From a virus (Duplodnaviria; Caudoviricetes), in IMG/VR virus record IMGVR_UViG_3300027896_000059, positions 1 to 51,487 of that record: DNA of 51,487 nt; one strand, written 5' to 3'. Each line of letters begins with the position of its first letter. Position 1 is the stretch's first letter. Below the pieces are notes generated by a model that was not told the DNA's origin, searched no databases, and saw nothing but the letters and a program-made list of their open reading frames with translations. Positions 8,991 through 18,657 of the stretch are shown here, in pieces. Both the position numbers and the translations under genes were made by a program.

Positions 8991-9851
8991 TTATGTAATA
9001 ATGATAGACCAAGTTGAACCTGTAAAGTAGAAAGTTACTTGCCAGTTAGAAACATCTCCAATGAAGTTTTGAACAGAACCTTCAATTGTACTTCCAGAAG
9101 AAGGAGAAACAGTAAGATTATTTGTTTTCCAAGTTGCATTTGCATCAGCAACAGTAACAACAGTACCAGTTGCGGGAGCTGGAGGAAGCGTCAATGTCCA
9201 TGATCCGCCAGTAGTATCAGCGGCAATTCGATCTCCTGCTACTGATTGATAGTTTCCAGACTTTGCAACATAGCTTTGATTAAGCACAGGAGCAACAGCA
9301 GTTGGATTTCCAAGCGCATCAAAACTCACATATTGACCAGATGCTCCAGTAAGTTGATATACAGTATTTGCGGCAAGAGATCCATCAACAACAGATCCAG
9401 TTTTATAAACAATTCCTTGATTGGGAATAATGCTTTCAATTGTTCCCCAGTTTGTAACAGAACCACCAACAGCAACAACAGGGAATTGCGCTTCAGAAGA
9501 TGATGAAGGAGTAAATGCTACAAGTTGTCCAGTAGGAGTAGTAGCTTGGAGTTTTCCAGAGGAAGCAGTAGCTTGACCAGATCCACTACCAAGAAAAACG
9601 GGGTTAGCGACAGAAGCATCAGCCCAGCTCAAAATAGCAGTCGATGCGTTGTAAAAAAGAATGCTATTAGAAGCAAGTGTAGGAACAGTATATTTGCAGT
9701 AAGCAGAATCTTCTCCAACTACACGCTGAATAGTTCCAGATCCAAGTGCTTGGCAATAAGTAGGGAAATTGGGATTGCAAGCAGGAGGCGCATACTGAAC
9801 AGTATTGCATCCGCATCCTCCCCAACCGTTATTGTTACATCCGCATGACAT
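8991..9851 (-). CDS. Tail fibre paralog 3 (Cys-rich N-terminus; C-terminal T4 gp9/gp10-like domain)
   Basis: AGDRIAADTTGGSWTLTLP...ADANATWKTNNLTV...IEG...W, shared with the two upstream genes. Confidence 0.7.
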   Translation of the reverse strand: MSCGCNNNGWGGCGCNTVQYAPPACNPNFPTYCQALGSGTIQRVVGEDSAYCKYTVPTLASNSILFYNASTAILSWADASVANPVFLGSGSGQATASSGKLQATTPTGQLVAFTPSSSSEAQFPVVAVGGSVTNWGTIESIIPNQGIVYKTGSVVDGSLAANTVYQLTGASGQYVSFDALGNPTAVAPVLNQSYVAKSGNYQSVAGDRIAADTTGGSWTLTLPPAPATGTVVTVADANATWKTNNLTVSPSSGSTIEGSVQNFIGDVSNWQVTFYFTGSTWSIIIT

Positions 9852-9889
9852 TTTGTGAAAAGTATATTGTTTTTATTTATCAGTCAAGA

Positions 9890-11314
9890 TTATACCAAAA
9901 TACGCCATGTAGTTCCATCGTATAAAAGATAAATGCTGTAGCTATTTACATTGCATATCAGATTTTGTGCAACTCCTTGAATCGTATTAGATCCACCTGG
10001 TGCAACAGTAAGATTATTTGTTGCCCAAAAGTTCCCAGCATCAGCAATAGTTACCATTGAGTTTGTTGCGGGAGATGTTGGAAGAGTAAGAGTCCATGCT
10101 CCAGAATTTGTATTTGTTGCAATCCTATCTCCAGCCAATGCTGTATATGCTGATGTTTTAGAAAGCCATGCATTTGCACCAACAGACGCAGATAATCCAG
10201 CAGGAGTTACAGCACCAGCAGAAACTCCATTGGCAGTCGTAGCAGTTGTTGCAGTTGTTGCTACTGTTGCTGTAGCCGCATTTCCTGTAGTATTTTGATT
10301 CCATGTAGGAACTGTTCCAGTAAGCCCCGAATACGGAACACTAGATGCAGTAGCGGCATTGCCAGTAGTATTCTGATTCCATGTAGGAACTGTTCCTGTT
10401 AATCCAGAGTATGGAACTGAAGATGCAGTAGCGGCATTTCCAGAAATATTTGTTGACCATGTTGGTGCGCTTGTTCCGTTAGATACAAGAACTTGTCCAA
10501 CTGTTCCAACAGAAGTAAATGCAGTAGTATTTACACCTGTTTGATAAACAACCTCACCAGCAGATCCTCCATTAATGTTGTTTGTAGAAGATGATGTGGT
10601 GGAATTTGTAATCCATCCTAATCCTCCAGATCCATTGCATGAAAGAACTTGACCAGCAGATCCTTGAGCAAGAAATGTTGTAGAAGAAGATCCACTTTGG
10701 TAAACAATTTGACCCGTATTTCCCCCTGCAATATTTGTTGAAGTTGTAGCTGTATTAGCTGTTGTTGCAGAACTTGCAGTTGTTGCAGTAGCCGCATTGC
10801 CAGTAGTGTTCTGATTCCAAATTGGAATTGTTCCTGTCAATCCCGAATATGGAACTGAAGATGCGGTTGTTGCATTTCCAACAGAAAGCGTTGATTGATT
10901 TATCCAAGATGGTGCATTAGAAGAACCATTTACTACAAGAACTTGACCAGATGTTCCAATTGGAAGATTGGTTGTAACAGATGGCGCAGATTGATAAAGC
11001 AATGCTCCAGTAGTTCCGCCAGAAACATTTGATGCTACTGAAGTTGATCCTATTTGGGTTTTTGCGATTTGACCATCACTTGTTACTCCAACAATATAAG
11101 GAAGACTTGTATATTCTTGAATATTTGGAAGATAAACAGGATAAGAAGCAGATCCATCACCCCACCTAGTTGCACTTCCATCATAAACAAGCCAAGAAGC
11201 ATTTAATGGGATATTAAGTCGAGTTACTTGGTTTCCATTTTGCCAAAGAATAGGTGCAACTCCTTGAGAAACAGGAGGAATAATACTAATTGGAACTTGA
11301 GGAGGGCAAGGCAT
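9890..11314 (-). CDS. Tail fibre paralog 2 with internal repeats
   Basis: GG.AG...YQ...T.F...GT.GQVL repeats, SVPYSGLTGTVPTWNQNTTGNAATA x3, shared C-terminal domain. Confidence 0.75.
   Translation of the reverse strand: MPCPPQVPISIIPPVSQGVAPILWQNGNQVTRLNIPLNASWLVYDGSATRWGDGSASYPVYLPNIQEYTSLPYIVGVTSDGQIAKTQIGSTSVASNVSGGTTGALLYQSAPSVTTNLPIGTSGQVLVVNGSSNAPSWINQSTLSVGNATTASSVPYSGLTGTIPIWNQNTTGNAATATTASSATTANTATTSTNIAGGNTGQIVYQSGSSSTTFLAQGSAGQVLSCNGSGGLGWITNSTTSSSTNNINGGSAGEVVYQTGVNTTAFTSVGTVGQVLVSNGTSAPTWSTNISGNAATASSVPYSGLTGTVPTWNQNTTGNAATASSVPYSGLTGTVPTWNQNTTGNAATATVATTATTATTANGVSAGAVTPAGLSASVGANAWLSKTSAYTALAGDRIATNTNSGAWTLTLPTSPATNSMVTIADAGNFWATNNLTVAPGGSNTIQGVAQNLICNVNSYSIYLLYDGTTWRILV
10272..10440. 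repeat. 75-bp imperfect tandem repeat (third copy ~10788-10865)
   Basis: Encodes SSVPYSGLTGTVPTWNQNTTGNAATA units. Confidence 0.8.
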
Positions 11315-11320
11315 ATTTTT

Positions 11321-12406
11321 TTATACTAAAATTCTCCATGTTGTTCCATTATAAAGAACATAAAGACTATATCCGCTTACATTACAAATAAGATTTTGAG
11401 CAGATCCTTCAATTGTATTTGAGCCGTTTGGAGCAACAGTAAGATTGTTTGTTGACCAATAGTGATCATTGTCTGCAATAGTTACCATTGTATTTGTTGG
11501 AGGAGATAATGGCAAAGTTAAAGTCCACGATCCTCCAGTTGTTGAAGTTGCAACTCTATCTCCAGCTTGTGCGGTATATGCAGAAGATTTAACAACCCAT
11601 GTATTTGCACCAACATCTGAAGCAAGGCCAGCAGATGTTACAGAAGCCGATGCAACACTATTTGCAATTGTTGCAGTTGAAGCAGTAGCGGCATTTCCAG
11701 AGATATTCGTTGACCAAAATGGAGCAGATGTTCCATTTGAAACCAAAACTTGACCAGACGTTCCAGTTGAAACAAATGAAGTTGCACTAGATCCTGTTTG
11801 ATAAACAATCTGACCCGCTGATCCATTTGCAATTGCTTGAGCTGTTGTTGCGGCTGGAGCACTTGCCCAAACAGGGGTTCCCCCTCCGCTTGAAGTAAGG
11901 ACTTGACCACTTGTTCCAACAGAAGTAAATGCAGTTGTTCCGCTTGCTGTTTGATATGGTATTTCTCCAGCTATACCTCCATTAATATTAGTAGCTAATG
12001 GAACAGAAGTTATCCAATTAGGAGAACTTGTACCATTGCTTTGTAATATTTGACCAGAAGTTCCAGACGCAACAAATGATGTAGTGCTTGCTCCAGATTG
12101 ATACACAATATTACCAGCAGATCCTCCATTAATATTTGTAGCTAACGATGGAGTTGAGTTATAATACGAAAGAACTCCATTATTATCAGATCCTATTAAA
12201 TAACTTGCTGTTCCTTGGTTTATTTTTAGGAAAGGTAATTTAATTGGATTAGTATTAGACCCATCTGCCACAACAAAATTCTGACCATTCCAAGTTTGCA
12301 ACGCAGGATTAGATCCAGGAACAATTGGCATAGTCTGACCACACCCTGTATAGCATCCACTTTGGCTATTCCAAGGATTACAAGTCTGATTTTGTGGATA
12401 TTGCAT
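11321..12406 (-). CDS. Tail fibre paralog 1
   Basis: Start MQYPQ at 12406; three NINGG.AG.I.YQ...GTSGQVL.SNG repeats; shared C-terminal domain. Confidence 0.75.
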   Translation of the reverse strand: MQYPQNQTCNPWNSQSGCYTGCGQTMPIVPGSNPALQTWNGQNFVVADGSNTNPIKLPFLKINQGTASYLIGSDNNGVLSYYNSTPSLATNINGGSAGNIVYQSGASTTSFVASGTSGQILQSNGTSSPNWITSVPLATNINGGIAGEIPYQTASGTTAFTSVGTSGQVLTSSGGGTPVWASAPAATTAQAIANGSAGQIVYQTGSSATSFVSTGTSGQVLVSNGTSAPFWSTNISGNAATASTATIANSVASASVTSAGLASDVGANTWVVKSSAYTAQAGDRVATSTTGGSWTLTLPLSPPTNTMVTIADNDHYWSTNNLTVAPNGSNTIEGSAQNLICNVSGYSLYVLYNGTTWRILV

Positions 12407-12416
12407 CGGCGTGATA

Positions 12417-12848
12417 CTATACAACTCCAGCAACTTTAGACAAGTCGATAACCCTAGAAATCCAACCTTTGCGGAATTTTGATAATTTTGGCTTTTGATC
12501 AGCTAACCTATTATAGAAATCTATTCTTTCTTGCTGATATTTCTTTGGATCTCTTGCGGATGAAGTAAGGAATTGTTGCGCTCTACCAACTCCACAATTT
12601 ACAGCGGCATCGAAAAATAACCAATCCAAAGGGGAGTTAAGATGTTCACACCCATCTTTTACCCATTCAGACCAATAAATGTCTGTAGCTTGCTCTGAAG
12701 TAAGATTTTTGATGTCAACATTAGGATGCGAGCGCTGATCAATTCCAAATTTTGTGCAACCTCCTGGATCATCTGGATCATTCTCAAATGTCCTTCCCTC
12801 ATGGTCAAATAACCAAGGGATAATCTTATCTCTAAAGCGAGTGGTCAT
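12417..12848 (-). CDS. Endolysin, glycoside hydrolase family 108
   Basis: HEG..FENDPDDPGG.TKFGI, FDAAVNCGVGRA and C-terminal R..FY..L...KF.KGW..R motifs. Confidence 0.9.
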   Translation of the reverse strand: MTTRFRDKIIPWLFDHEGRTFENDPDDPGGCTKFGIDQRSHPNVDIKNLTSEQATDIYWSEWVKDGCEHLNSPLDWLFFDAAVNCGVGRAQQFLTSSARDPKKYQQERIDFYNRLADQKPKLSKFRKGWISRVIDLSKVAGVV

Positions 12849-13197
12849 TGTCAAAATAACGAGGCTTGTAAACCCTTTGATTTACTTCCGTTTCGGGAGC
12901 TTCAGCATTAGAGTCGATCTTTTCATCAATATCCATGTGCTGAAGAGCTGATACGGCTTTCCAATCCATGACTGCTGTTCCTGTAATCAGCGTTGTCACA
13001 ACAGCACCAAAAAACATAACTACTAAATTTGCAAGTTCAACAATTTCTTTTGCCGCTTCCGCATGAGTTAGTATCAATAATGCAGATCCAGTAAAAACAA
13101 GAAGAACACACAACGATCCAAAAATCGCATAAAGACACTTCTTTGATTCCATTGGACGCTGAGTTAGCTTTTGCTGAATAACATCCTTATTTTTCAT
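12832..13197 (-). CDS. Putative holin (2 TM)
   Basis: Two hydrophobic segments; directly upstream of and overlapping the lysin. Confidence 0.6.
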   Translation of the reverse strand: MKNKDVIQQKLTQRPMESKKCLYAIFGSLCVLLVFTGSALLILTHAEAAKEIVELANLVVMFFGAVVTTLITGTAVMDWKAVSALQHMDIDEKIDSNAEAPETEVNQRVYKPRYFDNDHSL

Positions 13198-13232
13198 TTT
13201 TCAAGGTACAATGCGGCCTGCTCTTTTGGGCT

Positions 13233-13601
13233 TCACAGAGCAAACCGCCATGCTGTTTTAATTCCAATATATCCAATAACGCATAGGATTGAAACAATCG
13301 CAATACCCCTCCAAAACCATAGTTCTTTTAATGCCTTCTCTTGCTTGTCGTGCCAATACACAACATCATTTTGAGCCTTTGCTAGATCCTTTGCTTGCTT
13401 ATCAACTTGTACTTCGTAAGAAGTAATAGCAGATTCTAGGTTGCTAATAGCCTTCTGACCTTCTGGTTTTACCAACGGCTTTAGCTTTTCAACAGAAGTG
13501 CGAACCGCAACAACAGATGGAGCCGCATAGGTTTCTTTTTCTTTATTGGACGCACATCCAATAAGAATTATAGACGCACATACAATAAGAATGTTTTTCA
13601 C
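13233..13601 (-). CDS. Putative unimolecular spanin
   Basis: Lipobox-like ILIG-C at residue 16, helical periplasmic part, C-terminal TM segment; inside the lysis cassette. Confidence 0.65.
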   Translation of the reverse strand: MKNILIVCASIILIGCASNKEKETYAAPSVVAVRTSVEKLKPLVKPEGQKAISNLESAITSYEVQVDKQAKDLAKAQNDVVYWHDKQEKALKELWFWRGIAIVSILCVIGYIGIKTAWRFAL

Positions 13602-13798
13602 TTGTTCCTGTTTTTGTGATCTGCGTATAGATCGTAAACAAGTTTAGCAAAAGAAGCTAAGCCTACAAGAATACCAATCACCATACTCGCAACACGAAGT
13701 TCAAGATCAAGAGTAGGATCAAGACTAACAACAGCGGCGGCAATAGGCGCAGTCATCCCAATGGCTCCAGTAGCGGCAGTATCAAAGTGATGAACCAT
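13598..13798 (-). CDS. Small membrane protein (holin/antiholin-like)
   Basis: Two hydrophobic segments and a basic tail; first gene of the lysis cassette. Confidence 0.5.
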   Translation of the reverse strand: MVHHFDTAATGAIGMTAPIAAAVVSLDPTLDLELRVASMVIGILVGLASFAKLVYDLYADHKNRNK

Positions 13799-13800
13799 GA

Positions 13801-14121
13801 TTATTTCTTTTTATGAGGTTGAGGAAATAATGCGAGAATTGCTTTTTCAATTTCTATATTTCCACCTTTTACATTAAGAAGATCACTAAGCCTTGCGTCA
13901 GTATCTGCATCAGTAAATTGACCAATAGAAGAATACGGAGGCGTAGTGTGCTGATTCCAAAGAATCACACTTACATTAACTCCTTTAATTCTAGCGATAG
14001 CCTGTTGCTGTTGATTGTCATAACTTACGCTATAATCAATATTTGTAAGTGTAGTTGGAGCAATTGCCTTTCCATTAACAGGAGAAGGAGAAATCGTAAT
14101 TGGAGAAGTTAGAGTAATCAT
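13801..14121 (-). CDS. Hypothetical protein
   Basis: Tightly packed in the late operon. Confidence 0.6.
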   Translation of the reverse strand: MITLTSPITISPSPVNGKAIAPTTLTNIDYSVSYDNQQQQAIARIKGVNVSVILWNQHTTPPYSSIGQFTDADTDARLSDLLNVKGGNIEIEKAILALFPQPHKKK

Positions 14122-14123
14122 AG

Positions 14124-15800
14124 TTATACATTAATAAACCAAGGAAGATGAAGCAACCTAGAAATCCAGTTTGTTCCTAATGCGGCTGCACCACCACCTC
14201 CAGAAATATTTACACCAAATGATATAGATCCATAAGGGGCTGATGCATTCAAATTTCCAAGAGAATTATGAGTCCATGAATTATCTAAAGAAGTTGCGCT
14301 TTCATAATTTGCAATTCCATTTATTATACTATGGTTATTATATGCTCCCGTTTGGAATGTTACATCTCCATAAATTGTTGCATTGTAAACTTGTGAATTA
14401 TTGGAAAAGTTTGCTCCATTGGAAATTGTAATTGTTATTCCAGAAAGTTCACCTCCTGCAGTAGTCAAAGAATTAATTATTGGATTTGAAGCTCCACTGT
14501 TTTGAGTAATTGCTGAAATTGGTGAAATAAAAACATCTGTAGATGCATCTGGAATAAGCTGAATGCCTGATGCATTTATTGGACGAGTTGTATAAGTATT
14601 ATCTGACCACCAGTTTAATAAATTATTAAAGTCTCCATCATTTCCACCACCTGATGCTTGGTCATTAAACCATTGAGGTGATTTAGCTGACCATCCAATA
14701 TAACTAACAGTTCCATCTACAATACCGCCAATAGGGTATGTTCCTTCACCTCCATCGTAATAAACATATGCATTTCCAAGAACATGACCTAAATTTGTTG
14801 CGTAATTGCGTAAAGTCAAATCTGCCTCCAAAACAGCACTAGATGAAATATAAGAAGAATCATGTACAGAAGTTACATTTCCAACGCAAATTCCATTAAA
14901 TACGGAAGAACCATATAGCTGAACAAGATTTGTTGCGTTTAATGTTACAGATACACCCCAATTTGAACTATAAATAGTAGCATTTAAGCAATAACAAGTT
15001 CCATTTCCAGATGTATTTTTAGTAACATCTCCATAAATATTTACAACAGTTGTAGAATCAGGAAGTGAAGTTGCTTGTATAGTAAATCCAGAATCTTGCC
15101 ACCAGTTAAGAATATTTCCCCAATCTCCATCAGATTGTGAATTATTGTAGTAAAGTATTAAAAATGGGTACGGCAATCCAGTTCCATTATTATAAAGAGA
15201 TGTTACATCATTAACAGATAATGCACGATTCCAAACTCCAACTTCATCAACCAATCCATTGAAATATCCAGATCCAGAACCAGCTACATCTAATCCAAGT
15301 TGTATTGCAGAAAGAACATCGGAGTTATTAGAAGAATTTCCAATATTTGTTCCATTAAGATAAAAGTTAATAGTGGAACCATCATTTGTTATTGTTAAGA
15401 AATTCCACGATCCAACAGCAGGAAATGAGCTTCCATTAATAAATGTGCCAGTACTTTGGCTATAAAGCTGAAAATTTGGCGGGGAAATAATCGTATCTAA
15501 ACCCGCAGATGGGCCATTAATAGAAAGCGGGCCATCATATGCAGAAATTTGTGATCTTTGATTAAACCAAAGAGAAACTGAAAATGTAGATAGCGACGAC
15601 CATTGTGATAAATTGGTTTTTAAGCTAGAACCGTCTCCAGAAAAAGATGCAGATCCATTTCCAAGAAAACCAGATCCAAGGGTTACGGCTCCATTAGCTG
15701 TAAGAGAAACTCCATTTGGAGTAGAATCATTAAGATTTACTCCTCCAGAACCATTATTATTTAGATTCCAGTAAGCTAAAATGCCGTCTGTTAAGGCCAT
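14124..15800 (-). CDS. Virion adhesin: LamG/concanavalin-like domain plus beta-helix-like region
   Basis: LAYWNLN...FSVSLWFN...WNFLTIT.DG..INFYLNG...FNGLVDEVGVWNRALS..V..LYN is a LamG_3 signature. Confidence 0.8.
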   Translation of the reverse strand: MALTDGILAYWNLNNNGSGGVNLNDSTPNGVSLTANGAVTLGSGFLGNGSASFSGDGSSLKTNLSQWSSLSTFSVSLWFNQRSQISAYDGPLSINGPSAGLDTIISPPNFQLYSQSTGTFINGSSFPAVGSWNFLTITNDGSTINFYLNGTNIGNSSNNSDVLSAIQLGLDVAGSGSGYFNGLVDEVGVWNRALSVNDVTSLYNNGTGLPYPFLILYYNNSQSDGDWGNILNWWQDSGFTIQATSLPDSTTVVNIYGDVTKNTSGNGTCYCLNATIYSSNWGVSVTLNATNLVQLYGSSVFNGICVGNVTSVHDSSYISSSAVLEADLTLRNYATNLGHVLGNAYVYYDGGEGTYPIGGIVDGTVSYIGWSAKSPQWFNDQASGGGNDGDFNNLLNWWSDNTYTTRPINASGIQLIPDASTDVFISPISAITQNSGASNPIINSLTTAGGELSGITITISNGANFSNNSQVYNATIYGDVTFQTGAYNNHSIINGIANYESATSLDNSWTHNSLGNLNASAPYGSISFGVNISGGGGAAALGTNWISRLLHLPWFINV

Positions 15801-15802
15801 GA

Positions 15803-16063
15803 TTAGCTAGTGCGAAGAATATCCGTAATGTTGTTGCTACCATCAAACGTGATAGCAATCGTAGCCACAACAACACCTTGATTTAGGCAAGTGATTAGAC
15901 CTGGCTGTGCAGGAGTGCCGCTATTATAGTTAGAAAATTGGACTTCCGTATAAGTAGGAAGATTGAATCCAGCAGTAGCATTCCATATATTATAAAGTTG
16001 CTCGGATTCATTTGTAGTGTTCCATCCGCCTAGACCAGAAGTAGAGTTGTCGTAAATACTCAT
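15803..16063 (-). CDS. Small virion-associated protein
   Basis: C-terminal VVATIAITFDGSNNITDILRT resembles small phage structural proteins. Confidence 0.55.
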   Translation of the reverse strand: MSIYDNSTSGLGGWNTTNESEQLYNIWNATAGFNLPTYTEVQFSNYNSGTPAQPGLITCLNQGVVVATIAITFDGSNNITDILRTS

Positions 16064-16329
16064 ATTTTAGATTTTACATTTAGCAGATACGCAATAGATA
16101 TTGCAAGGTAAACTATAGCTCCTGTGATATTTTTTTCTATCACACCCATTTTTAACAAATCTTTTCTTACTAGATTATAGCAAATTTGCATACGCACAGT
16201 ACCCATGTATTTGCTTTCATGCTGAGAGATAACGCTTTCTTTAGCGAGTTGATAGCACTTAAAGAAAATGTTTATATCTGTAAATAATTTATGCATCTTG
16301 CCAAGTAAATATATCTTTTGATTGATCAT
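16060..16329 (-). CDS. Hypothetical protein with C-terminal hydrophobic segment
   Basis: Fills the operon gap; start uncertain. Confidence 0.45.
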   Translation of the reverse strand: MINQKIYLLGKMHKLFTDINIFFKCYQLAKESVISQHESKYMGTVRMQICYNLVRKDLLKMGVIEKNITGAIVYLAISIAYLLNVKSKI

Positions 16330-16543
16330 AGATCATTCCAACTCCAGCATAATGACCTCTAAATGGAGGCTTTCCATCTGGCAATCCATCTAAACCATAA
16401 TGAATGCCATCTCTAGTATTGTAACTAGTTTGCTTGTAAACGTCACCTGTGCGAGAAGAAAGATCATTTTCATTATCTTCATCGCGTCCAACAACAACGC
16501 AAATTACAACATTATTAAAATCCAATTTTGCAAAGTGTGCCAT
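16289..16543 (-). CDS. Conserved phage protein of the MAHFAKLD...QTSYN...YAG.G..YD family
   Basis: Recognisable family usually downstream of glycine-rich fibre genes. Confidence 0.7.
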   Translation of the reverse strand: MAHFAKLDFNNVVICVVVGRDEDNENDLSSRTGDVYKQTSYNTRDGIHYGLDGLPDGKPPFRGHYAGVGMIYDQSKDIFTWQDA

Positions 16544-16545
16544 GC

Positions 16546-17463
16546 TCAAGAGAAAGTTACTGTTTCAGAAGTCGTGCTGGTAGCTGTAATATCATAAGTC
16601 GTAAATCCTCCTGATGTCGAGCTTGTCTGAGTTACACCACCAGAAAAAGTTGCTGTTAGTGAACTTGGGATGCGGATAGAAACACAACCAGACCCTCCAG
16701 CCATCCCTGCTTGCGCTCCAGCACTTGATGAGTTGCCTTGCCCTCCTGCACCCCCTCCTGTGTTGGCGGTTCCGTTAGCGGCAGACACATAAGTAATTCC
16801 TCCTGTAACATAAGCTCCAGCCCCTCCTCCTCCATTCCCACCAGCGGGAGAAGATGTTGGAACAGAAGAAGTTCCGAATCCAGAAGTTCCCCCTCCGCAA
16901 ATGTATAAAGTGCCAGAAACATTTTGCCCAAGAGTTGATCCTGTAACGGGATTAATAACCCCAACTCCACCAGATCCGATTACAGATGTCGTTCCAGTTA
17001 CTCCTGCTCCACCAGCACCCCCTCCTCCTCCACCATATCCTATACTAGTAAGAAATCCTCCAGAGTTTCCTTGTGACGAAATTATAGCAATGCTTGCTTT
17101 TGCATTTCCAGAACTTGACCCAGATCCACCTCCAGACCCACCATTTGATCCTGCATAATTTACAATTGGCGAATATCCTCCACCGAGAGCTATTAAAACA
17201 TCAAATAAAGAATTATTTCCGCTTGTTCCAAAACGTGTAGGCCCACTTGCCACCGAAGAACCAGCAGTCCCGCCAGATCCAATAGTTAATGCATATGCTT
17301 TTCCTTTCACTATTGGATATGTAGATTGATAAACATATCCTCCAGCTCCCGCTCCTGACATTCCTGCTGTGGTGGTTTGATTTCCAGAGCTACCTCCCCC
17401 TCCACCAACAACAAGAACGCTTGCAGTATATGTTTGCGTTCCAGATGATCCGAAAAATGGCAT
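16546..17463 (-). CDS. Glycine-rich domain virion protein
   Basis: LVVGGGGG..GAGAGG...IG.GG..G...NGTANTGGGAGG...GGSG.V.IR signature. Confidence 0.8.
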   Translation of the reverse strand: MPFFGSSGTQTYTASVLVVGGGGGSSGNQTTTAGMSGAGAGGYVYQSTYPIVKGKAYALTIGSGGTAGSSVASGPTRFGTSGNNSLFDVLIALGGGYSPIVNYAGSNGGSGGGSGSSSGNAKASIAIISSQGNSGGFLTSIGYGGGGGGAGGAGVTGTTSVIGSGGVGVINPVTGSTLGQNVSGTLYICGGGTSGFGTSSVPTSSPAGGNGGGGAGAYVTGGITYVSAANGTANTGGGAGGQGNSSSAGAQAGMAGGSGCVSIRIPSSLTATFSGGVTQTSSTSGGFTTYDITATSTTSETVTFS

Positions 17464-17465
17464 AA

Positions 17466-18599
17466 TTAAGCGTAAGCTACACCATAGTTTGCCGTCCCAG
17501 AAGACGAATTAACATAAATGGTAGAATTTATGATATACGAAAGATCCACCCCAACTCCAGCAGATAAAGCTATACCATTAGTTGCAGATGGTAGCGTTGA
17601 TGTTGAAATATAAAGTTGAGCTGAAGATGAATTATTTGAAATTGTTAGGTTTTTTGTAGCTGAAGGCAACGAAACTGGAGATCCAGCAGTTACGCTTCCT
17701 CCACTAATTGTTCCTGATCCAGATGCTTTGTTAAATGCACCAGCAATAAGAGTTCCGCTACTTCCTCCTGCTCCTAATGAAACTAATCCGCCAGTTAGAG
17801 AAACATTCCCTCCTGTCAAAGAAACATTTCCAGATACAGGTTGTGTAGCTTGATAAAAAGTTCCAGAAACTGGAAGCGTAGCATTAGAACCATTCAAAGT
17901 TATTAATCCGCCAGAAATTGTATCTGTCTTAGAAAATCTTGACGACAATAATGTATCTAAGTTTCCATTGCTTACTGGAAGCGTTACTCCAGCACCAACG
18001 CCAGAAATAGTGCTATTTCCAGAAGATGCAAGAGTTGAACCACTTGCAAGACTAACTGTTCCACCAGTAAGTGAAACATTCCCTCCCGTCAAAGAAACAT
18101 TTCCAGATACAGGTTGTGTAGCTTGATAAAAAGTTCCAGAAACTGGAAGCGTTACTCCAGCACCAACACCAGAAATAGTGCTATTTCCAGAAGACGCAAG
18201 AGTTGAACCACTTGCAAGACTAACTGTTCCACCAGTAAGTGAAACAGAAGAGCCAGAAGCCAAGGATATTGAATTTGTTACTGAAGAATTAAGTGTTCCA
18301 GCTAAATCAGATTGAATTGTAGTCAATAATGCATTGCTAATTGCTTGCAATGACTCTACTTGCCCAAGATCAACAGTAATACTGTCTAGTTGAATACTTG
18401 ATCCAATATCAACAATTAGCCTACCTTTTGAATCTAGGTTCAAAGGTGAACGAGTCAGGCCGTCTGATGCAACTGCTACATCAGAATCTACAACATTTCC
18501 TCCAGATCCAACTTCAAGAATCGAATTGCATATTTGCCACCTTTGTTCATCGGCTGTTGTTCCAACAAATTCTTGAAATGTAAGAGTATCTATGGACAT
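17466..18599 (-). CDS. Repeat-rich fibre/decoration protein
   Basis: TLPVSGTFYQATQPVSG and SLTGGTVSLASGSTLASSGNSTISGVG duplications. Confidence 0.7.
   Translation of the reverse strand: MSIDTLTFQEFVGTTADEQRWQICNSILEVGSGGNVVDSDVAVASDGLTRSPLNLDSKGRLIVDIGSSIQLDSITVDLGQVESLQAISNALLTTIQSDLAGTLNSSVTNSISLASGSSVSLTGGTVSLASGSTLASSGNSTISGVGAGVTLPVSGTFYQATQPVSGNVSLTGGNVSLTGGTVSLASGSTLASSGNSTISGVGAGVTLPVSNGNLDTLLSSRFSKTDTISGGLITLNGSNATLPVSGTFYQATQPVSGNVSLTGGNVSLTGGLVSLGAGGSSGTLIAGAFNKASGSGTISGGSVTAGSPVSLPSATKNLTISNNSSSAQLYISTSTLPSATNGIALSAGVGVDLSYIINSTIYVNSSSGTANYGVAYA
17800..18247. repeat. Interleaved near-identical direct repeats (~17800-17879 = ~18073-18152; ~17973-18078 = ~18142-18247)
   Basis: Only one or two mismatches per pair by eye. 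Confidence 0.85.
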
Positions 18600-18610
18600 G
18601 GATTGTAAAT

Positions 18611-18645
18611 AAAAATGGGGCAGGGGAATAAAACCCCTACCCCAT
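18611..18645 (-). terminator. Intrinsic terminator after the capsid/decoration genes
   Basis: ATGGGGTAGGGG-loop-CCCCTGCCCCAT followed by a T-tract on the minus strand. Confidence 0.8.
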
Positions 18646-18657
18646 CATAGTTTTTAA

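Noticed and set aside
17800-18247. Diversity-generating retroelement TR/VR pair
   Set aside because: No reverse transcriptase in the genome; both copies are in frame in one gene with very few differences.
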